DNA of 64,000 bases from Gammaproteobacteria bacterium RIFOXYD12_FULL_61_37 (GCA_001801995.1 MGZB01000011.1:3817-67816); one strand, 5' to 3'. Positions 47,508-57,190 are shown, counted from the stretch's first letter. Program-made: numbers and translations. The notes: generated by a model from the sequence alone, not told the origin.

Positions 47508-49391
47508 TCAGCCCTCCAGCTCTTCCCAGCGGGCATAGGCCGAGGCGAGTTCCGCCCCCGCCCGTTCCAGCTCGCCTTTGGTTTCGGCCGCCTTGGCGCT
47601 GTTTCCTTGATAGAGGGCGGGGTTGGCCAATCCGGCTTGTAATTCGGCGAGCTTCCCTTCCAGCTCCTCGATGCGGGCAGGCAGGGTCTCCAGCTCGCGC
47701 TGGTCCTTGTAGCTGAGCTTCTTGCGGGGCGGTTCCTTCGCCTGCGCCGGTTCTGCCGGGGCCTTTTCGGCCCTGGGCCGGGGAGCGGGCTCCTGCTCCT
47801 TGCGCTGCCGCAGCCATTCGCTGTAGCCGCCCACATAGTCGCCGACGCGGCCATCGCCCTCGAACACCAGGGAGGAGGTGACAACGTTATCGAGAAAGTC
47901 GCGGTCGTGGCTGACCAGGAGCAATGTGCCCTGGTAATCCAGCAACAGCTCCTCCAACAGTTCCAGGGTCTCCACGTCCAGGTCGTTGGTGGGTTCGTCC
48001 AGCACCAGCAGGTTGGCGGGTTTGGCGAAGAGCTTGGCCAGCATCAGGCGGTTGCGCTCGCCGCCGGAGAGGGCCTTGACCGGCTGGCGCACCCGGTCCG
48101 GGGCGAAGAGGAAGTCTTGCAGGTAGCTGATGATGTGCTTCGGCTTGCCGTTGACATCGATCTTGTCGCTGCCTCCGGCGACGTTGTCGATGACCGACTT
48201 TTCCTCGTCCAGCCCGGCGCGCATCTGGTCGTAGAAGGCGATCTCCAGATTGGTCCCTAGGCGGATACTGCCGCTGCCGGGTTGCAGGCGGCCGAGCAGC
48301 AGATTGAGCAGGGTCGATTTGCCCGCGCCGTTGGGGCCGATCAGGCCGATGCGGTCGCCGCGCATGATGAGGGTGGAGAGGTCGCGTACCACCGTCTTGT
48401 CGCCCCAGGCATAGGAGACATCGATGGCCTCGACCACCAGCTTGCCGGAGCGCTCCGCCTCTTGCAGTTGCATACGGGCCTGGCCCTGCTGGTGGCGCCG
48501 GTCCTTGAACTCCTCGCGCAACTGCTTGAGGGCGCGCACCCGGCCCTCGTTGCGGGTGCGGCGGGCCTTGATGCCCTGGCGAATCCAGACCTCCTCCTGA
48601 GCCAGCTTCTTGTCGAAGCGTTCGTTGGCCTTCTCCTCGGCGTTCAAGCGCTCCTCCTTGCGCCGCAGGAAGTTGTCGTAATCGCCGGGCCAGTCGGTCA
48701 GACTGCCCCGGTCCAGTTCCAGGATGCGGGTCGCCAGACGGCGCAGGAAGGCGCGGTCATGGGTGACGAACAGCAGCGAGCCGTTCCAGTTGAGCAGGAA
48801 CTCCTCCAGCCACTGGATCGACTCGATATCCAGATGGTTGGTCGGCTCGTCCAGTAACAGCAGATCCGGCTCCATCACCAGCGCCCGCGCCAGCAGAACC
48901 CGGCGTTTGAGGCCGCCGGAGAGGGCCGCGAAGGCGATATCGGGGCTCAGGTTCAGGCGCGACAGGACCGTCTCGACCCGCTGTTCCACCTGCCAGCCGT
49001 TCGCCGCCTCCAAGTCGTGCTGAATGCGCGCCATTAGCGTCAGATTGGCCTCGCTGGGGTCGTCCGCCACCGCCAGACTGATGTGATGATAGGCCTTGAG
49101 CGTGCTACCCAGGGCCTCCAATCCCTCGGCCACCACATCGAACACGCTGCCGGACGCCTGCGCCGGTACCTCCTGTTCGAGACGGGCGATGCGCATACCC
49201 TGGCCGACCATGCGTTCACCCTCGTCAGCAGCGATCTCCCCCGCGATCAACTTCATCAGGGTGGACTTCCCCGCCCCGTTGCGGCCGATGAGACAGATGC
49301 GCTCGCGCGGCTCGATGCACAGTTCGACACGGTCCAACAACGGCGCCGCGCCAAAGGCGAGATGGATGTTTTTCAGGGAGATGATAGGCAT
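47508..49391 (-). CDS. uup: ABC-F family ATPase (Uup-like)
   Basis: 627 aa from the ATG at 49391 (MPIISLKNIHLAFG). Two Walker A sites (GRNGAGKST, GPNGAGKST), two LSGG signatures and a C-terminal coiled-coil tail. Confidence 0.92.
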   Translation of the reverse strand: MPIISLKNIHLAFGAAPLLDRVELCIEPRERICLIGRNGAGKSTLMKLIAGEIAADEGERMVGQGMRIARLEQEVPAQASGSVFDVVAEGLEALGSTLKAYHHISLAVADDPSEANLTLMARIQHDLEAANGWQVEQRVETVLSRLNLSPDIAFAALSGGLKRRVLLARALVMEPDLLLLDEPTNHLDIESIQWLEEFLLNWNGSLLFVTHDRAFLRRLATRILELDRGSLTDWPGDYDNFLRRKEERLNAEEKANERFDKKLAQEEVWIRQGIKARRTRNEGRVRALKQLREEFKDRRHQQGQARMQLQEAERSGKLVVEAIDVSYAWGDKTVVRDLSTLIMRGDRIGLIGPNGAGKSTLLNLLLGRLQPGSGSIRLGTNLEIAFYDQMRAGLDEEKSVIDNVAGGSDKIDVNGKPKHIISYLQDFLFAPDRVRQPVKALSGGERNRLMLAKLFAKPANLLVLDEPTNDLDVETLELLEELLLDYQGTLLLVSHDRDFLDNVVTSSLVFEGDGRVGDYVGGYSEWLRQRKEQEPAPRPRAEKAPAEPAQAKEPPRKKLSYKDQRELETLPARIEELEGKLAELQAGLANPALYQGNSAKAAETKGELERAGAELASAYARWEELEG

Positions 49392-49523
49392 GGGGCGGGA
49401 TGATACCGGAATATTGGCCGGAGGGGTTGTCGTGGCCGTAAAGCCACGAGGGATACCAATACAAGCTGTAATTCCGTTGCTTAGTTTCGGGCTGATGCGG
49501 GCGGGGAGTTCTACAAGAGGCTC

Positions 49524-49628
49524 TATGGGCAAGCCTTCATTCGTCGATTTAGTCGCCACCGATCCTGGCCCGATAATGATGCCTGTTATCGAAACTCCCT
49601 GCTATCCTTCAACGCAATCCAGTCATCG
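49524..49628 (+). repeat. ~105-bp repeat, copy 1 (inverted partner at 57191-57294)
   Basis: tatgggcaagccttcattcgtcgatttagtcgccaccgatcctggcccgataatgatgcctgttatcgaaactccctgctatccttcaacgcaatccagtcatcg matches the reverse complement of 57191-57294, apart from a few substitutions and one 1-nt indel. Confidence 0.9.
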
Positions 49629-49641
49629 CGCGAGACGAAAG

Positions 49642-49952
49642 ATGAGTGCCACAGCCCCCAAAATACCGTTCAGCAGGGACGATTATCTCGTTTGGGAGAC
49701 CGAGCAGAGGTGCTCTCGCCCTCCACTGAACGCTTCGACCGGGGCGGGAGGTTCGCCCACTATCGCCGCATCGAGACCCTGCGGGAATACCTCCTCCTCG
49801 ACCCTGACCGTCCCGCCGCCGAGTTGTTCCGCCTCGACGCCAGCGGGCATTGGGTGCTTTATACCTTCGGGCCTGATGAGGAGGTGGAGCTTACGAGTCT
49901 CTCGCTGAAACTCCCCGTGGCAGATCTTTTTGAAGACGTTGAACCAGAATAG
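49642..49952 (+). pseudogene. Uma2-family (DUF820) endonuclease remnant with an internal deletion and frameshift
   Basis: The N-terminal piece MSATAPKIPFSRDDYLVWETEQR is in one frame. It joins directly to the C-terminal piece AEVLSPSTERFDRGGRFAHYRRIETLREYLLLD in another frame. The central part of the domain is missing. Confidence 0.75.
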
Positions 49953-49987
49953 GCCTCGCCGGTATCAATCCGCTTCAACAAGTTGGG

Positions 49988-50551
49988 TTACTCCGCCCAC
50001 AAGGCGCCTAACGGAAAGGTCACGGCGTCGAAAGGTTCCGCCGCCACCTCGGCCTCATCGACGAAGCTGCCCAGCAGCAGCCATTGACCATTGCTGAGCT
50101 TGAATGCCTCCAGGGTCCTGGCGGTGGGATCGACCAGCCAGCAGTAGGCCACTCCGTTTTCGGCATAGCGGGGCATCTTCAGCATGCGGTCGGTACGCGC
50201 AGTGGAAGGCGACAGGACCTCGCAGATCCAATCGGGCGCCAGCTCGAACCAGGCCGTATCCGGCAGGGATGGCAGCCGTTCGCGCCGCCAACCGGCCAAG
50301 TCCGGCACCAGGATGTCGGGACCGAAGTGGAGTTCGGGTTCGTCCAGTATCCACCAGCCGCCGGGGCCGCCGCCCCTTCTCTTGGAGAAGGGGCCGACTA
50401 ACTCTTCGGTCAATGAAGAACTGGCCATTGCATGTTTTGGCGCCGGCCTCGGATGGGTATATAGCTCGCCGTCGATGATCTCCCCCACCCGATTGGCGGG
50501 CAGGGAGAACAGGTCCTCATAACGGGCGGAGCGTAGTTGTGGGTTGGTCAT
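49988..50551 (-). CDS. Uma2-family endonuclease (DUF820)
   Basis: 187 aa. PDLAGW..., APDWICEVLSPSTARTDRMLKMPRYAENGVAYCWLVDP. Confidence 0.85.
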   Translation of the reverse strand: MTNPQLRSARYEDLFSLPANRVGEIIDGELYTHPRPAPKHAMASSSLTEELVGPFSKRRGGGPGGWWILDEPELHFGPDILVPDLAGWRRERLPSLPDTAWFELAPDWICEVLSPSTARTDRMLKMPRYAENGVAYCWLVDPTARTLEAFKLSNGQWLLLGSFVDEAEVAAEPFDAVTFPLGALWAE

Positions 50552-50567
50552 GGCGGTTTTCTCCAGA

Positions 50568-51134
50568 TTACCCGGTCATTTCGACATCTTGATAAATGCT
50601 GTCTAGATCCAGACGCTCTTCCAGGCAATCGAGCTGCACCTGGCCCGACTCATAGCATTCCACCTGCCAGTCCGTTGAACGCCGGTAGATTTCAACGCGC
50701 CGGGCATCCTGTGCCACCAGTAGATATTCCTGCAAACTGGGCAGGGCCTGGTAGGCCAGGAACTTTTCCCGGCGGTCGATCCGTTCGGTGGACTCGGACA
50801 GCACTTCGATGATCAAGCAGGGTGTTCTGCAAAAATAGGTTTCCCGGTCATTCGGGTCGCAGCTCAGTAAAAGGTCCGGATAATAGAAGATCTGGCTGTT
50901 TCCAATTTGCAGTTGGACCTTCATGTCCGAGGTGAAAAGTTGGCAATGCCGCCGCCGGGCCGCAGGGGTCAGGACGAACGCCAGCGCATTGACAATCAAA
51001 CCATGGGTCCGGCTGGCGCCGCCCATCGCATAGACCTGGCCGTTGATGAATTCGTGACGTATCTCGCTGTGCTGCTCTCCAGCAAGGTAGTCATCGACGG
51101 AGATGGGGTCCTTATATGCTGTTCTCGATGTCAT
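50568..51134 (-). CDS. Uma2-family endonuclease (DUF820)
   Basis: ISVDDYLAGEQHSEIRHEFINGQVYAM..., PCLIIEVLSESTERIDRREKFLAYQALPSLQEYLLV. An upstream in-frame ATG at 51179 is also possible. Confidence 0.85.
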   Translation of the reverse strand: MTSRTAYKDPISVDDYLAGEQHSEIRHEFINGQVYAMGGASRTHGLIVNALAFVLTPAARRRHCQLFTSDMKVQLQIGNSQIFYYPDLLLSCDPNDRETYFCRTPCLIIEVLSESTERIDRREKFLAYQALPSLQEYLLVAQDARRVEIYRRSTDWQVECYESGQVQLDCLEERLDLDSIYQDVEMTG

Positions 51135-51240
51135 GTCCCAATCCTCGAAAGAATGATGATTGAGTTTAACAGACGGCATCTGTCCTTACCGGATCGGTGA
51201 AGTTTCCATGCGAGACAGCGCAACCCATCGGGTTTTTACA

Positions 51241-51762
51241 CTAACGGCAGTTCGCGGGTGAATACCTCTCCAGCAAGGTGCCGGCGCCTGCTGCCCCCAT
51301 GCCGGTGGCTGTCGCATACGAACCGCCGATGCCACGGCATGCCCAATCTACGACACCCGTTCTCCCGGCCGCGAAAGCCGTGGCAACCGTCTCAACGCTA
51401 CCCACCCCAGACCTGACGAAAGGCGAAAGCAGCAAGGTCCCGGATGTGCCGACGTTTGTTGGGTTGTAAGCAATGGTGATAACGCCGGTTGAGGGATTTG
51501 CTTGAATACTGGTCAGATATTTCGATGGGTTAGTGGCGGAAACCTGGCCGTTGGCATAATTGACATTATTGGCCAATTCCGTCGCCGTCACGGATTCAGC
51601 GATCGCGGCTTTGAAAGGCCCCGCCAAGATCAGTCCTTCGCTAACCCTGGTTTTCACAGCACGATCAGCGAGGCCGGGAAGCGCGATGGCCGCCAGAATG
51701 CCAATGATAGCGGTCACGGTCATCAGTTCGACCAAAGAGTATCCCAGGATTTGCCTTTTCAT
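51241..51762 (-). CDS. Type IV pilin, second and divergent copy
   Basis: 173 aa from the ATG at 51762. Class III signal MKRQILG|[22 protein letters not shown] with Glu at +5. A C-terminal Cys pair (WAC...NCR). Confidence 0.85.
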   Translation of the reverse strand: MKRQILGYSLVELMTVTAIIGILAAIALPGLADRAVKTRVSEGLILAGPFKAAIAESVTATELANNVNYANGQVSATNPSKYLTSIQANPSTGVITIAYNPTNVGTSGTLLLSPFVRSGVGSVETVATAFAAGRTGVVDWACRGIGGSYATATGMGAAGAGTLLERYSPANCR

Positions 51763-51848
51763 CGCGATCTCAGACCATAGTGAGTTGCACAAAGATACTG
51801 ATGCTGATCAAAAGAGAGCCATCCCAACCAAATATCAAATGGGTTGGT

Positions 51849-52601
51849 CTACCAAGGTTTCAAATCCACTACCTCCACGACTTCCGTGGAATCGCGGCGA
51901 ACGACCACAGTCAGATCCTCGACCTTGCCTTTAAGCGGAAGAAAACCGGGCTTATCCTGAAGCGAGGCATAGGCAGTGACCAACCGATCGACTTCCCGGC
52001 TTTTGTCCTTATTAAAGTCCGCAAGCTTTTCCAAAGGTTGAATGCGATTCTGGACCTCCGCCTTCAACTCGGCATAGGGGACATAGTATTGCGGCAGTTG
52101 AGGCACATCGTCGCCGCCCAACACGGCGGAAAACAAGACCTCATTGCGTTCCTTTACATCCTTGATCTTTTGCACGGCAATCACCTCGACCCCCAGCCAA
52201 GGAAGGGAGCGGAACCGGTCATCGGTAACCTTTCCCCGTTTCTCTGGGCTCAGATCGTTGGCATAGACGAGATCAAAGCGGTCCGAATTGAAGACCATAT
52301 AGACCGGGCGCGCCACGAACACGGCATGCAGACCGTAGAGCAAGGCGCCGATTTGCAGCAGCAGCACAACCGTCATATCAAACCGGAGCGATTTTTTAGC
52401 CGGGTTGAATACCACCAGGGTAATGCAAGGCCCCATCACCACATCCACCGCCAGCAACAGGACGAAGATGGCTGTGACGCCGGTGGCGACGGGAAGCGGC
52501 CAGGGATACCAGACCAGAAAAACCAGTGCGGCAGTAACAAGCCCCACCATCATCGAGCCGAACAGATGCCATCTGAATGCCTGGAAGCGATTGAAGTTCA
52601 T
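51849..52601 (-). CDS. Type IV pilin accessory protein (TfpX/TfpZ/FimB-like)
   Basis: 250 aa from the ATG at 52601. N-terminal transmembrane helices with WYPWPL...VDVVMGPCITLVVFNPAKKSLRFD and RPVYMVFNSDRFDLV, resembling my recollection of TfpZ-type proteins. Confidence 0.7.
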   Translation of the reverse strand: MNFNRFQAFRWHLFGSMMVGLVTAALVFLVWYPWPLPVATGVTAIFVLLLAVDVVMGPCITLVVFNPAKKSLRFDMTVVLLLQIGALLYGLHAVFVARPVYMVFNSDRFDLVYANDLSPEKRGKVTDDRFRSLPWLGVEVIAVQKIKDVKERNEVLFSAVLGGDDVPQLPQYYVPYAELKAEVQNRIQPLEKLADFNKDKSREVDRLVTAYASLQDKPGFLPLKGKVEDLTVVVRRDSTEVVEVVDLKPW

Positions 52602-52623
52602 GTTCACACCCTGGGCTGGAAAC

Positions 52624-52650
52624 AAAACGCCCGCTAGGCGGGCGTTTTGT
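52624..52650 (-). terminator. Bidirectional rho-independent terminator after pilA
   Basis: Perfect 11-bp stem aaaacgcccgc/gcgggcgtttt with a 3-nt loop. T-runs follow on both strands. Confidence 0.8.
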
Positions 52651-52698
52651 CGTTGCGCTGTACCGAAGGGACCGGTTCAGCTCTGAGAGGACGAGGTC

Positions 52699-53229
52699 CT
52701 AGCGGCACTCGGCAGGGGCGTATTTCGCCACCAGAGTACCCCCACCGGCAGCCATGCCTCGCGCTGCTGCGGTCACAGTTGTTAGGGACGTGCAGGCCCA
52801 GTCGAGCGTGCCAGGGGTGCCGAAAGAGGTCGCCAGTGTCACCGCAGTACCGGCAGCGGCGGTGCGCTTGTAGGGCGAGAGGAGGACGGTTTGGTTTGCC
52901 GTAAGGCCCACGGTGGTGGCGTTATAGGTAATGGTGATGATGCCAGAGGCTCCGGCTATCAGGACAGAGTTGACGTATTTGCTGTTGGCGCCGGTATTTG
53001 CTGCCTGGGCGTTCCAGCTGGTGGCAGTCCGGGCCAGGTCGACAGCGGACGCTGCTCCTTCCGTAGCAATCTGCGTTTTGGCATCGGCGGCGATGCCGAG
53101 GCCTTCTGTAATACGTGCGCGGACGGTGTAGTCCTGATAGGCGGGCAGGGCGATGGCGGCCAGGATGCCGATGATGGCGACCACGATCATGAGTTCGATC
53201 AGGGTGAAGCCGGATGCTTGTCTTTTCAT
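52699..53229 (-). CDS. pilA: Type IV major pilin
   Basis: 176 aa from the ATG at 53229. MKRQASG|[27 protein letters not shown] and a C-terminal disulfide loop WAC...ECR. Confidence 0.93.
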   Translation of the reverse strand: MKRQASGFTLIELMIVVAIIGILAAIALPAYQDYTVRARITEGLGIAADAKTQIATEGAASAVDLARTATSWNAQAANTGANSKYVNSVLIAGASGIITITYNATTVGLTANQTVLLSPYKRTAAAGTAVTLATSFGTPGTLDWACTSLTTVTAAARGMAAGGGTLVAKYAPAECR

Positions 53230-53303
53230 TTCATTTCTCCAGTAATGAATGGGGAGTCTTGCCCGACATCTCAGATGTTCAATTTCGGGCTGATTCCTAT
53301 CAA

Positions 53304-53319
53304 GCAGATGTTGTGCCAG
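53304..53319 (-). promoter_or_regulatory. Candidate sigma-54 promoter of pilA
   Basis: The minus strand reads ctGGcacaacatctGC (GG-N10-GC; TGGCAC-N5-cTGC), about 75 nt upstream of the pilA ATG. Confidence 0.6.
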
Positions 53320-53541
53320 CATCGATTATGGGCCGTATTCAGCGGGCCCTGTGGTGAAAAGACATGTGAATACAGTGAGATGGACAGAGCCGTCTTGCAT
53401 GTGACGGAAATCGTTCTTGGTCAACGGGTTGACGCCTAGTGTCGCTAGGTGACGAAAATTGTCACCCCCAGCCATTTTGTAAGAACCTTCCTTGCCCATT
53501 CGGTGAATCTATGCCCTGCGCCGGTTTATTTCCCCAGGGCC

Positions 53542-53661
53542 GTAGGATGCGGTGAGGCACGAACCGCATCAATCGCGGCACCCGGTGCGGTTCGTACCTC
53601 ACCGCACCCTACGGGCTTCAGGCCGATAGCAACGCCGCTGGCGGCCTGAAGGCCGACCTAC
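53542..53661. repeat. REP cluster (family B inverted pair plus family A units)
   Basis: gtaggatgcggtgaggcacgaaccgcatc (53542-53570) is inverted relative to ggtgcggttcgtacctcaccgcaccctac (53584-53612). Then ...gggcttcaggccgat... and ggcggcctgaaggccgacctac (53640-53661) follow. Confidence 0.8.
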
Positions 53662-55118
53662 AAGTTTATTCCCAGCCAATCCCCCAGCGCCGCGCGCCAC
53701 TCCTCGCGCGGGCTGTCGAGGCTGAGGCCGGAGCCCTTGACCTGCACTTCCAGTCCCGCCAGCAGGGCGGGGATCGCCTCCGGCTCCACTCCCTCGAAGA
53801 GGCCGTCGTTGAAGGCGATGAGCCAGGCGATCTGGAACTCCACCGGCAGGGGGGCGAGGCGTTCTTGTTTCAGGATCTCCCGCAGCAGACGGCCCCGGCG
53901 GATGGCGGCCTCCATGGACGCCTCCAGGCGGGCGCCGAAGCGGGTGAAGACCTCCAGTTCCAGGAACTGGAGGTAATCCAGCTTCATGCGGCCCGCCTCT
54001 TCGCGGATGCGCGGGTGTTGCGCCCGGCCGCCGATGCGCGACACCGAGCGGCCGATGTCGATGGCGGGGCGGAAGCCGCCGCTGAACAGGGTCCGGTCCA
54101 GGTAGATCTGGCCGTCGGTGATGGAGATCAGATTGGTAGGGATGTAGCTGGCGATCTCGCCCAACTTGGTCTCGACGATGGGCAGGGCGGTGATGCTGCC
54201 GCCGCCGTTGGCCGCGTTGAGGCAGGTGGCCCGCTCCAGCAGTCGGGCATGGACGGAGAAGATGTCGCCGGGAAAGGCCTCGCGGCCCGGCGGCCGACGC
54301 AGCAGCAGGGAGAGTTCACGGTAGGTGTTGGCGTGGGTGGAGAGGTCGTCGTAGATAACCAGCACGTCCCGCCCCTGCTGCATCCAGAACTCGGCGGCGG
54401 CGCAACCGGCGAAGGGGGCCAGGTGTTGCAGGCCAGGCAGGCTACTGGCCTCCGCCGCCACGATCAGGCTGTATTCCATGGCGCCGAACTCGCGCAGGGT
54501 CTCGATGACATCGACCAGGGTGGAGCGCTTCTGGCCGATCAGGACATAGACGCAGAGGATGGACCGGCCGCGCTGGTGGATCACCGCGTCCAGGGCGATG
54601 GAACTGCGGCCCAGCCCCTCGTCGCCGATCAGCAGTTGGCGCTGCCCCTTGCCGATGGGGATCAGGGTGTCGATGACCTTGATGCCGGTGTAGAGGGGGT
54701 CGCGCACGAAGTCGCGGGCCGTGATGGGGGGCGAGGGCGGCTCCAGGGGCTGGCGGCGGGTGGAGACCGGCGGCGGCAGTCCGTCCAGGGGCGTCCCCAG
54801 GGGATCGATGACCCGGCCGAGCAAGCCGTCGCCCACCGGCAGGCTCAGGGTACGGCCGCTGCTCTGGACGCCGGTCCCGGCGGTCAGGGCATCGGTTTGG
54901 TGCAGCAGCACCGCTCCGACCAGCGCTTCGGTCAGGTCGAAGACCATGGCGCGGCTGCCATCCGCAAGGACCAGGACATCGTCCATGGCGGCCGAGGGCA
55001 AGCCGCTGATCCAGGCGATGCCGTCGCCCACCGAGACCACGGCCCCCCGTTCGCTGATCCGCAGCCCCGGCCGGTAATCGGCCAGCCAGCGGGCTTGGCG
55101 TTCCAGCAGGCCGCTCAT
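53658..55118 (-). CDS. atpA: Alternate (N-type) F1Fo ATPase alpha subunit
   Basis: 486 aa. Alpha-subunit blocks [56 protein letters not shown]. It directly follows a long b subunit with no separate delta gene. Confidence 0.88.
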   Translation of the reverse strand: MSGLLERQARWLADYRPGLRISERGAVVSVGDGIAWISGLPSAAMDDVLVLADGSRAMVFDLTEALVGAVLLHQTDALTAGTGVQSSGRTLSLPVGDGLLGRVIDPLGTPLDGLPPPVSTRRQPLEPPSPPITARDFVRDPLYTGIKVIDTLIPIGKGQRQLLIGDEGLGRSSIALDAVIHQRGRSILCVYVLIGQKRSTLVDVIETLREFGAMEYSLIVAAEASSLPGLQHLAPFAGCAAAEFWMQQGRDVLVIYDDLSTHANTYRELSLLLRRPPGREAFPGDIFSVHARLLERATCLNAANGGGSITALPIVETKLGEIASYIPTNLISITDGQIYLDRTLFSGGFRPAIDIGRSVSRIGGRAQHPRIREEAGRMKLDYLQFLELEVFTRFGARLEASMEAAIRRGRLLREILKQERLAPLPVEFQIAWLIAFNDGLFEGVEPEAIPALLAGLEVQVKGSGLSLDSPREEWRAALGDWLGINL

Positions 55119-55216
55119 GGGCGCCCGCCATGATCGTAGGTTGGGTTACGACTGCATGGATGCAGGAGGTAGGGCGAAGCAGGAAGCCAGAGCCGAGGCG
55201 CGCAAACCCCGTATTG

Positions 55217-55355
55217 ATCGTTCGCACGCTCCGGCGTGGGACTGCCGCTCGCGACGCTCCGGCGTCGCGGGTTGGCGGAAACCGGAGGTCTGCGTCGGCC
55301 CCGGGACGCTGGAGCGTCCCAGGATGCATTCCCACGCCGGAGCGTGGGAACGATC
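55217..55355. repeat. Array of four small REP hairpins (family C) inside the atpF-atpA spacer
   Basis: cacgctccggcgtg, gcgacgctccggcgtcgc, gggacgctggagcgtccc and cccacgccggagcgtggg. The outer arms gatcgttcgcacgc... / ...gcgtgggaacgatc are themselves inverted. Confidence 0.8.
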
Positions 55356-55382
55356 AAAAAGTCCTGGAAAAACAGGGTGGGA

Positions 55383-56126
55383 TTATTCCCCATGACCCGC
55401 CTCCGTGAAGGCTTGCAGCTCATCCCGCAGGTTCGCTGCCAGAATCCAGGGGCCGATGGCGATGTGCAGGCCCGCGATGAGGCTGTCATCCTGCTCGAAA
55501 CGAAGCGGGGATTCGTTGCCGGTCAGGGTGGCAAGGGCCTGGGTCAACCGGACCCGTTGCCCCTCGGTCAGGGGAAAGGCACTGGTGACGGTCATGGCAT
55601 TGCTCCCGGCCGGGTGGTTGCGCAGGGTGGCGATTTTGGTGGGGGGCAGTTGGCGTAATTCGGCAATGGCCAGCTCGACCAGCCGCGCCTCGGTCTCGGG
55701 GCCAGCCGCCGATGCCAGCAGTCGGGCGGCGAAGCGGGCCGCCTGGGCCAGGGCGGTTTGTTCCAGCCCACGCAGGGCGTCGGCCCGGCGGTGTTCCTCG
55801 GCCACGCGGCCCTTCTCCCGCTCCTTGTCGAGGTCGGCGTGCAGCTCGGCCCGGCGCTGGGTCCGTTCTGTCTCGATCTCACGGATCAGGGCCTCGCGCG
55901 CCAGGCGGCGCTCCTGTTCCCAGTCGGCGAGGCGGCCTTCGTACTGGTGACGCAGGGCCTCGGCGTTTTCGTGCAGCCCCTTGGCGTCGGACAGGGTCTT
56001 TTCGATACCGGCCCGGCGGCGGGCGATCACCTCCTGCACCGGACGGAAGAGAAAGTGTTTCAAGATCCACACCAGGACCAGGAAATTGACCATCTCCAGG
56101 AGAAAGGTGGTCCAGTTCAGTTCCAC
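55383..56126 (-). CDS. atpF: N-type ATPase b subunit (long, with a delta-like C-terminal part)
   Basis: 247 aa. One N-terminal transmembrane helix (FLLEMVNFLVLVWILKHFLF), then a long charged helix and an extra C-terminal domain. Confidence 0.8.
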   Translation of the reverse strand: MELNWTTFLLEMVNFLVLVWILKHFLFRPVQEVIARRRAGIEKTLSDAKGLHENAEALRHQYEGRLADWEQERRLAREALIREIETERTQRRAELHADLDKEREKGRVAEEHRRADALRGLEQTALAQAARFAARLLASAAGPETEARLVELAIAELRQLPPTKIATLRNHPAGSNAMTVTSAFPLTEGQRVRLTQALATLTGNESPLRFEQDDSLIAGLHIAIGPWILAANLRDELQAFTEAGHGE

Positions 56127-56141
56127 GGCCAGTCCCTCCGC

Positions 56142-56411
<270 letters not shown>

Positions 56412-57092
56412 TTAGTCCTCCGGGTTGCGCTGTTGTGACTGGATACCGCCGGCGACGTAGATGAGCGCCAGCATGCCGAAGATATAGGCCTGCACCAGGG
56501 CCTCGACGATGTGCAGCATCAGGATGGGCACCGGGGCCAGGAAGCCCGCCACCAGCAGGATCAGCAGGGCCGCCATCTCCAGGCTCATCATGTTGCCGAA
56601 GAGCCGCACCGCCAGGGCGATGGTGCGGGTGACCTCGCCGATCAGGTGGAAGGGCAGCAGGATCGGGCTCGGCGTCAGGTAGTGGCGCAGGTAACCCTTC
56701 AGGCCCTGGATGCGGATACCGAACCAGTGGGTCGAGAGAAAGACCAAAATTGCCAGGGCCGCTGTGGCGGAGAGATCCCGCGTGGGCGAATCGAGCCCGG
56801 GGACCAGGCCGATCAGGTTGGCGATTGCCAGGAAAATCCAGAGTCCACCGATGAAGGGCATGATCCGATACACATGCTGAGGACTGACGGCGGCGACCGC
56901 CTCCTCGACGGCGCAGACCAGACCCTCAGCCGCCGTTTGCGCCGGACCCGGATCGATCGCCAAACGGCGCGAGACCGGCCAGGCAACCAGCCAAATCAGG
57001 GCCATGATCCCCCAGGTGGTCACCACCGTATCGGTGATCCTCAGGGGACCCAGTTGCAGCACCGGTTCGATGAGAAGGCTTACGTCGGACAT
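56412..57092 (-). CDS. atpB: ATPase a subunit
   Basis: 226 aa polytopic protein with the conserved Arg in ALAVRLFGNMMS. Confidence 0.9.
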   Translation of the reverse strand: MSDVSLLIEPVLQLGPLRITDTVVTTWGIMALIWLVAWPVSRRLAIDPGPAQTAAEGLVCAVEEAVAAVSPQHVYRIMPFIGGLWIFLAIANLIGLVPGLDSPTRDLSATAALAILVFLSTHWFGIRIQGLKGYLRHYLTPSPILLPFHLIGEVTRTIALAVRLFGNMMSLEMAALLILLVAGFLAPVPILMLHIVEALVQAYIFGMLALIYVAGGIQSQQRNPED

Positions 57093-57190
57093 GGGCGGGC
57101 TCCGGTTAGAGGCTTGAGGCTTTAGTCACTATAAATCCCCCGAACCCGTTCGCTCCCGTCATCGCCTGGGTGATATTCCGCCCCATCCTT

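Noticed and set aside
53449-53649. 66-aa plus-strand ORF between pilA and atpA.
   Set aside because: Its sequence is made up of REP palindromes, so it is a translation of repeats and not a gene.
57106-57125. Possible atpQ/atpR-type small genes or a promoter upstream of atpB.
   Set aside because: No ORF fits in the ~100 nt available. Only an aggctt-type repeat unit is visible.
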